Shown here: in pieces, positions 13,482 to 25,458 of the stretch
Numbering within the stretch: position 1 is the stretch's first letter
Layout: every line of letters begins with the position of its first letter
Source of the DNA: Nemertoderma westbladi
Lineage: Eukaryota; Animalia; Xenacoelomorpha
DNA length: 64,000 bases
Direction: 5' to 3'
NCBI GenBank assembly: GCA_032718475.1
Contig: JAUCBJ010001849.1
Span: 1 to 64,000, forward strand
The notes under the pieces: generated by a model
Seen by the model: the letters and a program-made list of their open reading frames with translations, nothing else
Databases searched by the model: none
Told to the model about the DNA's origin: nothing
Translations under genes and position numbers: made by a program

Positions 13482-14225
13482 GGTATTAGTACGTTTGAAC
13501 GACACTAGCCAAACAATCCTGAAATCAGATAGAAACTGATAAAAATTGGTACCGGTACCGGTATATCAGTATTGTTAGGCCTACTGTTACTTACTGGGCC
13601 TACTGTTAGTGTACTGTACTCGTGTACTGGGAAACTTATCGAGACTGAGGACCGCGCTATTGAGTTTGCACAAAGCGTGGAGCTTCTCCCCCGAACATTA
13701 CTTCTTCTTCTACATTACGAACATTTTTCAAACATTACTGCCCTTGCTGAATGTATACCATAACCAACCCAAACGGCCCTTTTCAGGGCCAACATATGAA
13801 ATAAACAACCGTATCGCAACAGCATTATTAGCTTGTCAGCTTGTAATATTTTTTTACAATAAGATACACCCCCAGTCGGAGTAAATATTAATTATAATAT
13901 TATGGTAATGTTTTACGGTAGACTGTAATTAAGATTACGTACGCGCACATCAGTAAACCGTAATTAAACTAATAGATTAAGCTAAAATATTAGCCCTACA
14001 AACGGTAATTAAGCTAGTAAATAATAGTAATAGTAGTAATAATAGTCCGATAATAGTAGTAGTAATATAAATTACATTAAAATAATACATTCCCTTCAAA
14101 GAACTTAATAAATAATGTCCATGCAATCCGCAAGGTGGTGCACAATACTGCTATACCGGTACCGGTATCATTATTTATCTGATTTTAGGCTTGTTTGGCT
14201 AGTGTCGTTCAAACGTACTAATACC
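13482..14225. mobile_element. Foldback/MITE-like segment with about 90-bp imperfect inverted arms
   Basis: GGTATTAGTACGTTTGAACGACACTAGCCAAACAA... (13482) is the reverse complement of ...TTGTTTGGCTAGTGTCGTTCAAACGTACTAATACC (14225). No clear TSD. Confidence 0.55.
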
Positions 14226-14368
14226 CTAATCCGTATGTAATAATGCAGTAATGTACACTGTAATGCAATACCGGTAATGTCAATGTCCAACCAAACAATG
14301 CGTTGAGTGTTATCGGACCAGCCTCCGAGAAATGTTAGGCTAACGGCACCTCGCTCTGTCACATCAGT

Positions 14369-15569
14369 CGTAATATTGGCATAATAAATAAAATAAAAAA
14401 TTTTGTCACATCAAAAACATTAATAGTATTATACAATACGATGATAGCTCCGTATCTGATGTACTGCAATACTGTGTGGGCAGCAAAATCGTATAAAACC
14501 ATAAACACCGACACCAACAGACCTACACACAAACACTACAGACATCGACATAAGCGACGAAAACCAACAGACAAACTCACTACTAATGTTTCAACCTTGC
14601 ACAAACTGCAACAGAGAGCCCAGAATATTGTCGTATCAAAAGGCAACACAGACTTCACTCCACTTACAATACGATCTATTTATATAAAACAGATAACAAT
14701 ACTAAGCTACAGCTACATACATAAACTATTACCAGCTGACATATTCCCTTCTCTACTCACTCTCATATCAACAACACATGAACACCAAACGCGATCGGCA
14801 GCCAATAATAACTATATGGTACCACGCACACGCCTTGAGATTGCTAGACAATCGATCAGAGTGCGCGCACCAGAGGTCTGGAACACCCTGCCTTCTTCTT
14901 TACGGAACGCTAATTCAGTAAATTTATTTAAAAACGCCATAACTAAACTGCTCGCTTCAGAGCAATAACACTGTGTTTTCTACATGCATTTTATTATTGT
15001 TTATGTATTTTCTATTTTACATGTACACGCTAAACAAAACTGTTACACTTTCTATTGTTACAAATATATTAGATTACGTACCGTATTGTTAGATAGATGC
15101 TTACAATACAGATCACTGTATATAGAGTACCGTATTGTTGTTGCATAGATATTATCTTAGTTAGAACTTTGTTTTATATTTCAATTTTAGGTTTGTATCC
15201 GAATTCAGTTTTCTATTTTCGTTTCCACACCAACTAATTAGATATGTATTGTTTAGAATTATTCCTCTATAATTAAAAGTGCACTTATATAATTATTGCA
15301 GTATAATGCAGTATAATCATAACTACAGTAGGTTGGTTGTTTTATAGTTGCAATTACTTACGCTTGAATACTATGATACTCGATCGTACAGTAGATTTGT
15401 CGGTTATTTGTTTTTGTAATGCGTTTCTTAGTGCAGCTACAATTGTTGAATGCTAACGGTGGCTGGTGTAATGGGCCTACCCGTCCAACCACCGTCTACA
15501 TTCTACATTGTATGTAGAAATGTAGTAAATTGTTCAGAAATAAATAAAAAAAAAAAAATAAAAACATAC
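14369..15569 (+). mobile_element. 5'-truncated CR1/L2-group LINE (C-terminal ORF2 fragment, 3' UTR, A-rich tail)
   Basis: LYNTMIAPYLMYCNTVWA...HQTRSA...VRAPEVWNTLPSSLRNANSVNLFKNAI is a typical post-RT tail. A-rich end at about 15540-15564. The empty site is reconstructed from the 31326-31585 copy. Confidence 0.75.
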
Positions 15570-15651
15570 GTTTTTGTAGTGGTCAGGTGGTCTAGTTCCA
15601 GGCTACCAGAATCCGTTACTGCGTTAGGCCTAGTGCATGATATAGAATCAG

Positions 15652-17846
15652 GAACCAGGAACCTACGAAATTTTCTAACAGCCAACAGATTACAGGACAA
15701 GGTTCGATTTTATTCTAACAAGAGAATTAAAGAGCCCAAACAATTCTGGCACTTTTTCTCAACCAAAAGAAGTGAACCACCAACCACCTCCTCCATCACC
15801 ACACAGGAATCTATACGCAACTACTATAAGGACAGTTTGGGAACCCCAGCAAAATTGGACACCGAGACTAAAGAAAATATTAAGGATCAAGTAAACAAAA
15901 GGTGCTTAAATACTCAAACACCGGTTATACCAGTTACATGGATCCAGAAAGCCATATTGTCTCTATCTCAAGGAAAGGCACCTGACCGCGAATCCCTAAC
16001 CATAGAACATCTCACCCATACTGACAGTGACACCATATGCGAGCATATAAGAAAAATTCTAGAATGCGCCTTAAATATTGGCCGGCTGCCAACTCAATTT
16101 GGCAACACAGCAGCCACTAGTATATACAAAGGAAAAGGGAAGAACACAAATAACGGGAAATCATATCGGGTAATATGTTCAATAAGCATCTTTGGAAAAG
16201 TGTTTGAGGCCCTGGTGCTAAAACACTATTTAGCAGATCTCTTGCAGAATGAACACCAAGTTGCATATAAAAAGAGTATTGGCGCAGATTTTGTAGTTGG
16301 AACAATACTGGAAGCAATTGAGAACCAACGTCAACATGGGAAGCAAGTGTATGTTTGTCAGATGGACATCCAGGCTGCTTTCGACAACGTGGATCTTTCA
16401 CATCTGTTTAAGAAACTCTCGGCTGCTATAGATCCACACATCTGCCGCTTACTTCTCGACTACTATGCGATTGGGCGAATGTTCTTTCGTTTCGGTAACA
16501 GTATTGACAAAGTAGGATTTCTAGTCAAACGTGGCATAAAACAGGGATCACTAATCTCACCATACCTTTTCAATTTCTATACCGCTGACAGTACCGCTAG
16601 TCTGAAGAACAAGGGATTTGGCTGTATCAGTAATGGGATTTGGATAGGCTGCATAATCTATGCCGATGATATTATACTTTTAAGTACGAACCCAAATGAT
16701 ATAGAAACCATGGCTGAGGAAATTCAAAGCCATCTCAAATCCATTGGACTAGAAATCGAGCAGCAAAAGACCAGATGGATGGCCACTCAATCAAACACGT
16801 CCACGAACCTTACACCGACATTTCTAACTATTAATGACAACTTAGTTGCGGCATCAACATCACTAAAACTCCTAGGTTTCAAAGTTAATGCCACAAAAAC
16901 AAATATATATAATGAGTGCATCAAATCTATTACTGTGGCGAGTGAAACTTTCAAACGAACTGGGTGGACTGCAAAGCATGTTAAAGTCGACGACCTCGCA
17001 ACCTTATGGAACTCGTATGCCAAACCAGTTATACTCTATAATTTAATATTCCAGATGGGAGCCTTAACAGAGGAGGAAAGGGGAGCTGTAAATGTCCATT
17101 ATAGGAAGAAACTACGCAGCCTCCTACATGTCGGTAGCTATGTAAGTAACTCTGTAATTCTAAAATTATTTAGGACAAACGACTTAGACATCGAATCCTT
17201 CCGTGCGGCCATTGGACTATTAATTCGAATGCAGCACGCGCCCAACGGCATCCTACAACCAGTCCTACGGTGCAACTTGCAATTTAACTCTTCAGAACGG
17301 TCTCTACCAATCTATCAGGGCCTTGCCTCAACTTTTGCAAAATGCAAGAAGTATTTCCCCTGCCCTTCGCTACAATCAATGTTACTATATGACTACAACA
17401 AGAAATCAATATTAGAAAACATTTGTAATGGATCACTATCGGCTAAAGACGTGGCAAGCGAGAAGTACATACAGGGAATATACGACTTGGAAACAATTAA
17501 CTTTAAAACAAAACACGATAAAATTATTCAATACTTCGCCATTACCGCTTGATCCTTTTACCATTTAATGTATATTTAATTAATTTGAATTAATTTAATT
17601 AATGTGAAGTGTGGAAGGAATGTAACTTGTCTCTCATCATTATTACATCTGTTGTAATTCTCCATTGTGTTTATGATGTATCTTACCTGACATGTTTCTA
17701 TAACCTTGTTTCGTGAACTATGCCACATTTGCAATCTACTTATATTACGCGTATCATCTGTTTTTATTCGTGCTGAGCACTTTTATTTCATAATGTCAAC
17801 ATATAATGTCAATTTTTATTTGATTAAATACAAATGAATGAATGAA
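15652..17846 (+). mobile_element. 5'-truncated non-LTR retrotransposon (RT frame open to 17552; clade uncertain, RTEX/L2-like)
   Basis: RT motifs DIQAAFDNV, GIKQGSLISPYLFN, IIYADDIILL. (TGAA)n tail at about 17835-17846. TSD AATCAG at 15646-15651 and 17847-17852. Confidence 0.85.
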
Positions 17847-19229
17847 AATCAGCACATCCTGACATCTGTGCAACTCCTGAACTCACGCGAGCATTTTACA
17901 GATGGTGGTCTTGGTCTAATTTATATGGTCTTGTACCGCGAAACCGTGTATTATTTACGGATGTAGGCTAAATTTCGGGTCTTGTACCGTGCACAGTACT
18001 GGTGGGCCTACACCGCTACTGCTATTTTGCCTAATACTGGTCCCAGAGGTAAATCCTTACCCAACAGGCTGTTACCTCTCTGACTGACAGCGCAACAGCC
18101 CTCTCTCCATATTGAAGCCTAATTAGAGTCACTTCACTGTCTGCGTTGGGGTGTTAACACAGTAACCTATTCAAATGTTGGTACCCGGTGGCATCCTGGT
18201 TCAGTTTTCTGGTTTTGTTAGTTTAATCGACAGCTGTATTGTAAATGTCCCGATATACAAAACCTACTAAGTAGGACTACTGTACCTTTACATTTAATTA
18301 GAGCTTAGCCTGATTTGAGGACACTTTCCCCTCCGAATGTTCTTAACTTCACATTCGTATTTTTCATTTTGTAAGGTAAACGGACCGCTTGTAGCCAGAT
18401 AAGTTGTATCCAATTTTCCTTTCGTAGCTCAGAAAGTGATCTTTTGCATCCCGATTTTACATTTTATATCCAAGTTTTATTTATGGGTTTTATCAATGCA
18501 ATTATATCGTATTGTTTGCTAATCTTAAAACAATTAATTATATTAGATGACCTATAAATTCCATCACCGGAATGATATACTGTTTTTATTAACTATAGAA
18601 TTATAATAATTAATTGTTTTAATTATAGGTATTATTATGTAATAGTCTTCTTCAAATTGTAGCAGATGGGGATGAATATTATTGTTGCAATCAAAATTAT
18701 ACCTCTCCAGGGTAAAATCGACATGCGTCGACCTGTATTCTGTGTTCAGCATTACATATTGATATATATATTACTACTACTATACATACTATATAGATAT
18801 TATACACACTACATATTAAATTTCCTGGTTAGAAATAGGCCGCGCCGTCTAATCTGAATTTCACCGTAATAATACCGAACTCGTTCGAGACTGAGTGTCG
18901 CTATTTAATAGCTACCTCTCGCCCTGTCACAGACCCAGCTTCTAACTACAGTATAAAACTATAATTAGGACGCCTTCATACAGAACACGTTGCCATTTCA
19001 TAATGACTCTAAACTGAAGCTACACAAAGGAAAATGTGAGAAGTGATTATCTAATAATAACACACAAAATCCGATTATTATACATACTCCTCCTTTTAAC
19101 AAAGCCGCATTCAACTAACTCCCTTATTACGTATTAGCCTGTGCTGTATCAATGCCTCAGTGGGTGGTCTTTACTACAACTGAAAGGTCCGACTCAGCTC
19201 CAGGTAAGTTAACAATCTGTCAATAATAA

Positions 19230-20905
19230 AAATGAAAGCGAGCCGACATTTAGTCAGAGCAACCAAATGGATGTCCAAGGAGACGGGCTGTCTGGATTTG
19301 ACTGAGTCGAGTTAAATCGCTTCACCAAAACGACCAAGTAGCCCATAGGAATACACTACATTTTTTTGGCGATTTTGGTCATTTTGGCCGCCAAAACGAC
19401 CAAGTTAATGTTTATTGGGATTGGGACTGTAGTCCTATAGCGGGTGACTGTTGAACTGATTTTCAACAAAACAAATTTTCAACTTGGCAGCTTTAAATTC
19501 GACAAAGTTATAAGCATGTCAATATCATAACGACGACAACGATTTCACTTTCAGACATTTGGCCCTCTAGCGGCAGACTGGAGAACTGCAGATGGATTCG
19601 CCTCCTTTGAAAGTCACAGCTAATGGTCTAATACATATCTGCCAAGTTTCAGCTTAAACGGATTAAAAGCAAAGAAATGGGAGGGCATTTAATGTTTAGA
19701 CATGTGGCCCTCTAGCGGGAGACCATTGCACTGATGGTGTCTGAAAGTCTCTCAAAAATCTCAACTTTAGCTCATATTGATACCTAGAAATTTTCAACTT
19801 GGCAGCTTTAAATCCGACAAAGTTATTAGCATGTCAAAATCGTAACGACGACAACGATTTCACTTTCAGACCTTTGGCCCTCTAGCGGCAGACTGGAGAA
19901 CTGCAGATGGATTCGCCTCCTTTGAAAGTCACAGCTAATGGTCTAATACATATCTGCCAAGTTTCGGCTTAAACGGATTAAAAGCAAAGAAATGGGAGGG
20001 CATTTAATGTTTAGACATGTGGCCCTCTAGCGGGAGACCATTGCACTGATGGTGTCTGAAAGTCTCTCAAAAATCTCAACTTTAGCTCATATTGATACCT
20101 ACAAATTTTCAACTTGGCAGCTTTAAATCCGACAAAGTTATTAGCATGTCAAAATCGTAACGACGACAACGATTTCACTTTCAGACCTTTGGCCCTCTAG
20201 CGGCAGACTGGAGAACTGCAGATGGATTCGCCTCCTTTGAAAGTCACAGCTAATGGTCTAATACATATCTGCCAAGTTTCAGCTTAAACGGATTAAAAGC
20301 AAAGAAATGGGAGGGCATTTAATGTTTAGACATGTGGCCCTCTAGCGGGAGACCATTGCACTGATGGTGTCTGAAAGTCTCTCAAAAATCTCAACTTTAG
20401 CTCATATTGATACCTACAAATTTTCAACTTGGCAGCTTTAAATCCGACAAAGTTATTAGCATGTCAAAATCGTAACGACGACAACGATTTCACTTTCAGA
20501 CCTTTGGCCCTCTAGCGGCAGACTGGAGAACTGCAGATGGATTCGCCTCCTTTGAAAGTCACAGCTAATGGTCTAATACATATCTGCCAAGTTTCAGCTT
20601 AAACGGATTAAAAGCAAAGAAATGGGAGGGCATTTAATGTTTAGACATGTGGCCCTCTAGCGGGAGACCATTGCACTGATGGTGTCTGAAAGTCTCTCAA
20701 AAATCTCAACTTTTGCTCATATTGATACCTACAAATTTTCAACTTGGCAGCTTTAAATCCGACAAAGTTATTAGCATGTCAAAATCGTAACGACGACAAC
20801 GACGACGACAACGACGACGACGACGACGACAACTATTTGCATAAATTGACCCACCCCCTAACAGTGTCAATTCGCTAAGGCTCCGCCAACTTCGTGGCTC
20901 GCCCC
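19230..20905 (+). mobile_element. Putative non-autonomous Helentron/DINE-1-like element with internal 315-bp tandem array and (GAC)n microsatellite
   Basis: 315-bp period (AACTTGGCAG at 19481, 19796, 20111, 20426, 20741). (CGA)n at about 20790-20830. Short inverted ends GCGAGCC/GGCTCGC and a small 3' hairpin GCCA-ACTTCG-TGGC. The class is inferred from architecture only. Confidence 0.5.
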
Positions 20906-22190
20906 ACACCCCTGGCGGTGAGTGTGTCAGTGTGTGTGTGTCGGAAGCCAATATATAACTAGCCAATACTGTAGTATAATTATAATTGTTCGCTAAGATG
21001 GCTTGCAGCTTTTGCTGCACGAAGGCTCCATTCGAGTTTCTCCTGCAGAATGGATTCCAAATCAAAAGTAGAACAGGTTGGGAAACTGGTGAAAGTTTCA
21101 GAATCAAAGTCATTGTCCCTGGCCGTTGCCGTTGATTAGGACTCCTTGGTTGTGAATGAGTTCTGCACTCAGGAATGCTTGGGAGAGGTCTGCCTGCACG
21201 TGTAAATTCCCCGTTTACATGAGAGATTTAAATATATGGTTTAAGTTTTAATGGAGCCTCCAACAAAAAATAGAATAAAGTAGCCACGCGCAGATGCAAA
21301 ACCATGCAACATTTGAACGCTGATATCTCAGCTATTTTGCTATGAAATTCAGAATGTGTTACATATTTGGAATCCTTGCATGGCCAGCTAATCCACTTTC
21401 AGGATGCCCGGATGGGGTGGGTTGGGGGGGGGGGGGGGGGGGGGGTGTTATGAATATGAACGCAAAATAAAGGCCCGTCCAATGCTACGTAGTATACGAC
21501 ACAGGTAGTGAGTGTATCGTAAAGCCGCCCAATATCAAAAAATGTAATACATAATCATCTGTCATGAATTATTGATCAAAAGGTTTTAACAAACGAACAC
21601 AGACAATATGACTTGCACATGAAGGTAAAGTAAAGAGAATAAACATTATCATTATACAAGAGGAGTAGCTAGTTTACTATAACTATTAAATACTCGTCCT
21701 ACAACTTATATATTATACAACTTGGGTGTTTATTAAATTTTAATTTCAAATTAAAGTAGTAACATTTTGAACGAAAGGTAGTAAAAAAATCTTTGGTGCG
21801 GCTGGTAGCGGTAGGCAATAGTGTGATGTTCCCAAGTGGGATGGACTGCAAAGAATAACGTGGTTGAGATGAAACTGAGACTATGCATTAGGAAGCAGCA
21901 CTAACAATTTTCGCCAATTATTTTTCTGCTTATTGATATGTACCAGCGCGTTCTACAGTAATACAATGGACGCTCCGGTGAAACGACTTGAGTAAATCTA
22001 TCGGTAAATATATATTGCCCTAATACATAATAATAATATATATATACCAATAAATATTTACCTGTATAGTGATCTGTATACATTAAGTAGTTTTATGTCG
22101 TTGGAACAGACTGTGTAAAAAGCGTGGTGTGAAATTTCCTTAGAAATTCTATCTGCTGGGGAATTTACCAATGGACAATAAAAAAAGCAT

Positions 22191-22759
22191 ATTACGTACC
22201 CTTTGGTCCCGGTTACGTACCCTTTGGTCCCGGTTACGTACCCTTTGATCCCGGTTACGTACCCTTTGATCCCGGTTACGTACCCTTTGATCCCGGTTAC
22301 GTACCCTTTGGTCCCGGTTACGTACCCTTTGATCCCGGTTACGTACCCTTTGATCCCGGTTACGTACCCTTTGATCCCGGTTACGTACCCTTTGATCCCG
22401 GTTACGTACCCTTTGATCCCGGTTACGTACCCTTTGATCCCGGTTACGTACCCTTTGGTCCCGGTTACGTACCCTTTGGTCCCGGTTACGTACCCTTTGA
22501 TCCCGGTTACGTACCCTTTGATCCCGGTTACGTACCCTTTGATCCCGGTTACGTACCCTTTGGTCCCGGTTACGTACCCTTTGGTCCCGGTTACGTACCC
22601 TTTGATCCCGGTTACGTACCCTTTGATCCCGGTTACGTACCGTTTGATCCCGGTTACGTACCCTTTGATCCCGGTTACGTACCCTTTGATCCCGGTTACG
22701 TACCCTTTGATCCCGGTTACGTACCGTTTGATCCCGGTTACGTACCCTTTGATCCCGGC
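22191..22759. repeat. 21-bp minisatellite (TTACGTACCCTTTG(A/G)TCCCGG), about 27 copies
   Basis: Direct reading. Confidence 0.97.
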
Positions 22760-23077
22760 TCAACACCTCCCAAATAACAGCGGAATAATTATCTTAAAAA
22801 TATGGAACAAAATTGACGGTTTATCGCGTTCACTAAAGCTTTTACTTCCAATTTCAACACGTCATAATGGTTCATTCAACAGAAATGATCAATTCAGTAG
22901 GTGCTTTTTTTAAAATATTACAATTGAATAATAGTCCACCCAAAATGTATCTTACACTTTTTTTATACTTAATCGCTCTTAGGTGCAGTAAGCATTTCAA
23001 ATTGTACCTTATTAACCGTAATTAATCTTGCAAATCCTCCCATTGCTATACAAATTTCCATTAAATTCTACAAAACT

Positions 23078-23237
23078 TGGTATATATGCTGATAGTTCGA
23101 CAGTGTTGGCCAGACCGTGGTATATATGCTGATAGTTCGACAGTGTTGGCCAGACCGTGGTATATATGCTGATAGTTCGACAGTGTTGGCCAGACCGTGG
23201 TATATATGCTGATAGTTCGACAGTGTTGGCCAGACCG
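23078..23237. repeat. 40-bp tandem repeat, 4 copies
   Basis: GGTATATATGCTGATAGTTCGACAGTGTTGGCCAGACCGT repeated. Confidence 0.95.
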
Positions 23238-23763
23238 GATTTCCAAATTATTTATTTGTTTCGTTAGCGGAAGGTTTTAAAAAATATATATTTAGCCAGA
23301 CTTATTACTTACCAACGATCGCCGTCAGCTTTATTTGGATATATTTAGCGACGTAAAGAAAATATAAATATTCACGGACGACAAGACTACTAATTAATAT
23401 TTAATTTGTGGTTTTTTCTAAAATAAACTGAACTGTATAAAAACGCGTAAACATATTAATCGGTTAGGATTTCCCGTATTTTTATCAACTTAAAATAAAT
23501 TGGCATTTACGATCTGAATTACTACAATAATCGTTTTATAAATGGAAGGTAATTTAGTGTCGAAACATTTTAGTTAAGAGTTTCTTTAAACTTTGATGGC
23601 GATTATTATACTACCGACAAACACTTTGTTAGCCTCCGGCCATTCTTTGGTTATCTTCTACGCGAAGTCACCAAAATAGATGTACGTATAAAATTTAATT
23701 AAACACCCTGGTTTGTATTTAATATAATACGTTAAAACAAAAATATATAATTAATGTAATTAT

Positions 23764-25450
23764 TTAAGTTCGATAATCGTAGGAGACCGGAGAATTATCG
23801 AAGGTCTCGACGGGATCCGAGAGGCTCGATGTTGCTACGACGACTGGGTTACTCGGGTGCCCGTTGGATTGCGTGTCAATTAATCCGCAGTCAACCGTTG
23901 GTGCAATCGGATCCAGTCCGTCAGTCTGCGGAATAGCGACCAGACGTAATATAGACTGGGAAGGTTTAATGAGAAGGCCAGGAGACGGTATAGATGGAGG
24001 GGCGATAGTTGGAGTATTATCAATTCCTATTGGCGCGATAACCGTTACAGTTGGCGCGATATCCGTTACAGTTGGCGCGATATCCGTTACAGTTGGCGCG
24101 ATATCCGTTACAGTTGGCGCGATATCCGTTACAGTGGGCGTGATATCCGTAACAGTTGGCGCTATATCCGTTACAGTTGGCGCGATATCCGTGACAGTTG
24201 GCGCGATATCCGTTACAGTTGGCGCGATATCCGTTACAGTTGGCGCGATATCCGTTACAGTTGGCGCGATATCCGTTACAGTGGGCGTGATATCCGTTAC
24301 AGTTGGCGCTATATCTGTTACAGTTCGCGCTATATCCGTCATAGTTGGCGCGATATCCGTTACTGTTGGCAGAATATCCGAGGTATTTGGCGCGATATCC
24401 GTTACGACATTCGTTGATACAGAAGGTACATTATTGGCTAGAGTTGTTTCGGACCCGGTTATATTGGTTGCGGCTGAATCACCTCCTTCCGCTAGCCACT
24501 CAGTCGCACTTTGCACTTGGTCCCCCCCGACCCCCGCAGTCTCCTGGATGCTCCCCACCTGTAAGGGTCTCCAGTTGTGCGACACGACGTCTGTCTCCGC
24601 GCGGTCTGCACCCGAACCGAGCTCGCCGGCTACCACGGACGTGGGTTTCGGACTACCGACCTGGAAATCCGCCGAAGGAGCGAGGGATCGCTTCCCACCT
24701 AAAGTAAACTTACTGACGCCGAATAACGACGGAGTAGTTGCGTCCGCTGGTACGGGAACCGCGCCTACTTGTTGGATCTCCGCCGTTTTCACCTCCGGGA
24801 CTTTCTCCACAGGAGCCGCAACCGGTTCCTTATCTTTATTAACTGGTTTCCAGCGGGAGTTCTTCTCCCCGTCAGATCGTCCGTCTCTACCCCCTGGGGA
24901 ACCCCGCTCCCTGCTTCCCCTACTCCTCCCGCGCTCCCTACTCCCTCGGTCCCGACTCCTCCTTCGCTCCCTACTCCTGTCCCGGTTCCGTTGTCGACTC
25001 CGTGGACGCTGCCGCTCCCTGCTCCTACTGCGTCTCCGATCCCTCCACCTCCCCCCTCCTTCCTGATCCCCCCCACCTCCCTCTGCCTTCCTGACCCCCC
25101 CATCTCCCCCCTCCTTCCCCGTTTCGATCCCTCCCACCACCCCTCCACTCATCCCTTCTCTCCATCCCTCCACCACGCGTACCGCCCCCCCATCCTCCGG
25201 TCCGATCACCCTGCCAACCGCCACCCCAACCATCATCCTCCACCTTGGTTTCCCCCCAATCTTTAGTCTTCGCCCCAAAACTCATCGGGAGGTCCCACGT
25301 CTGCCCAGAATCATCTACATATCTGTCGCCAACTGCATCTTCGACATGTTTAACTCCTGAGTCGCCATTCTTACCGAGACTACTGCTTGAGTTCGAGGTT
25401 GGCAACGGAATGTCCTGCGCATCAACATCAATATCGAAAGGAGGGATTCA
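23764..25450 (-). other. Probable SCAF4/8 3' coding tail in shifted frames: G/R/W-rich region, RS-rich region and (TVTDIAP)n repeat
   Basis: Frame IPPFDIDV...GRWGGSGRRG (about 25447-25050) is followed by frame RWRDRRRSRSRE...YDYRT* (to 23764). GC-rich, coding-like composition, but out of frame with the upstream exon. Confidence 0.5.
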
Positions 25451-25458
25451 CCGGTGAT

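Larger units (their letters stand above)
14226..18110 (+). repeat. Dispersed repeat copy split into three pieces (about 14226-14368, 15570-15651, 17847-18110) by two LINE insertions
   Basis: The pieces join into a sequence matching the uninterrupted copy at about 45612-46110 and the inverted copy at about 31326-31585. Confidence 0.85.

Noticed and set aside
15450-15651. N-terminus of the 700-aa RT ORF
   Set aside because: Chimeric read-through from the previous LINE's 3' UTR and the host repeat; the element starts after the AATCAG TSD.
22149-22913. (RVRNRDQ)n and (PVTYPLI)n ORFs
   Set aside because: Artefacts of a 21-bp tandem repeat.
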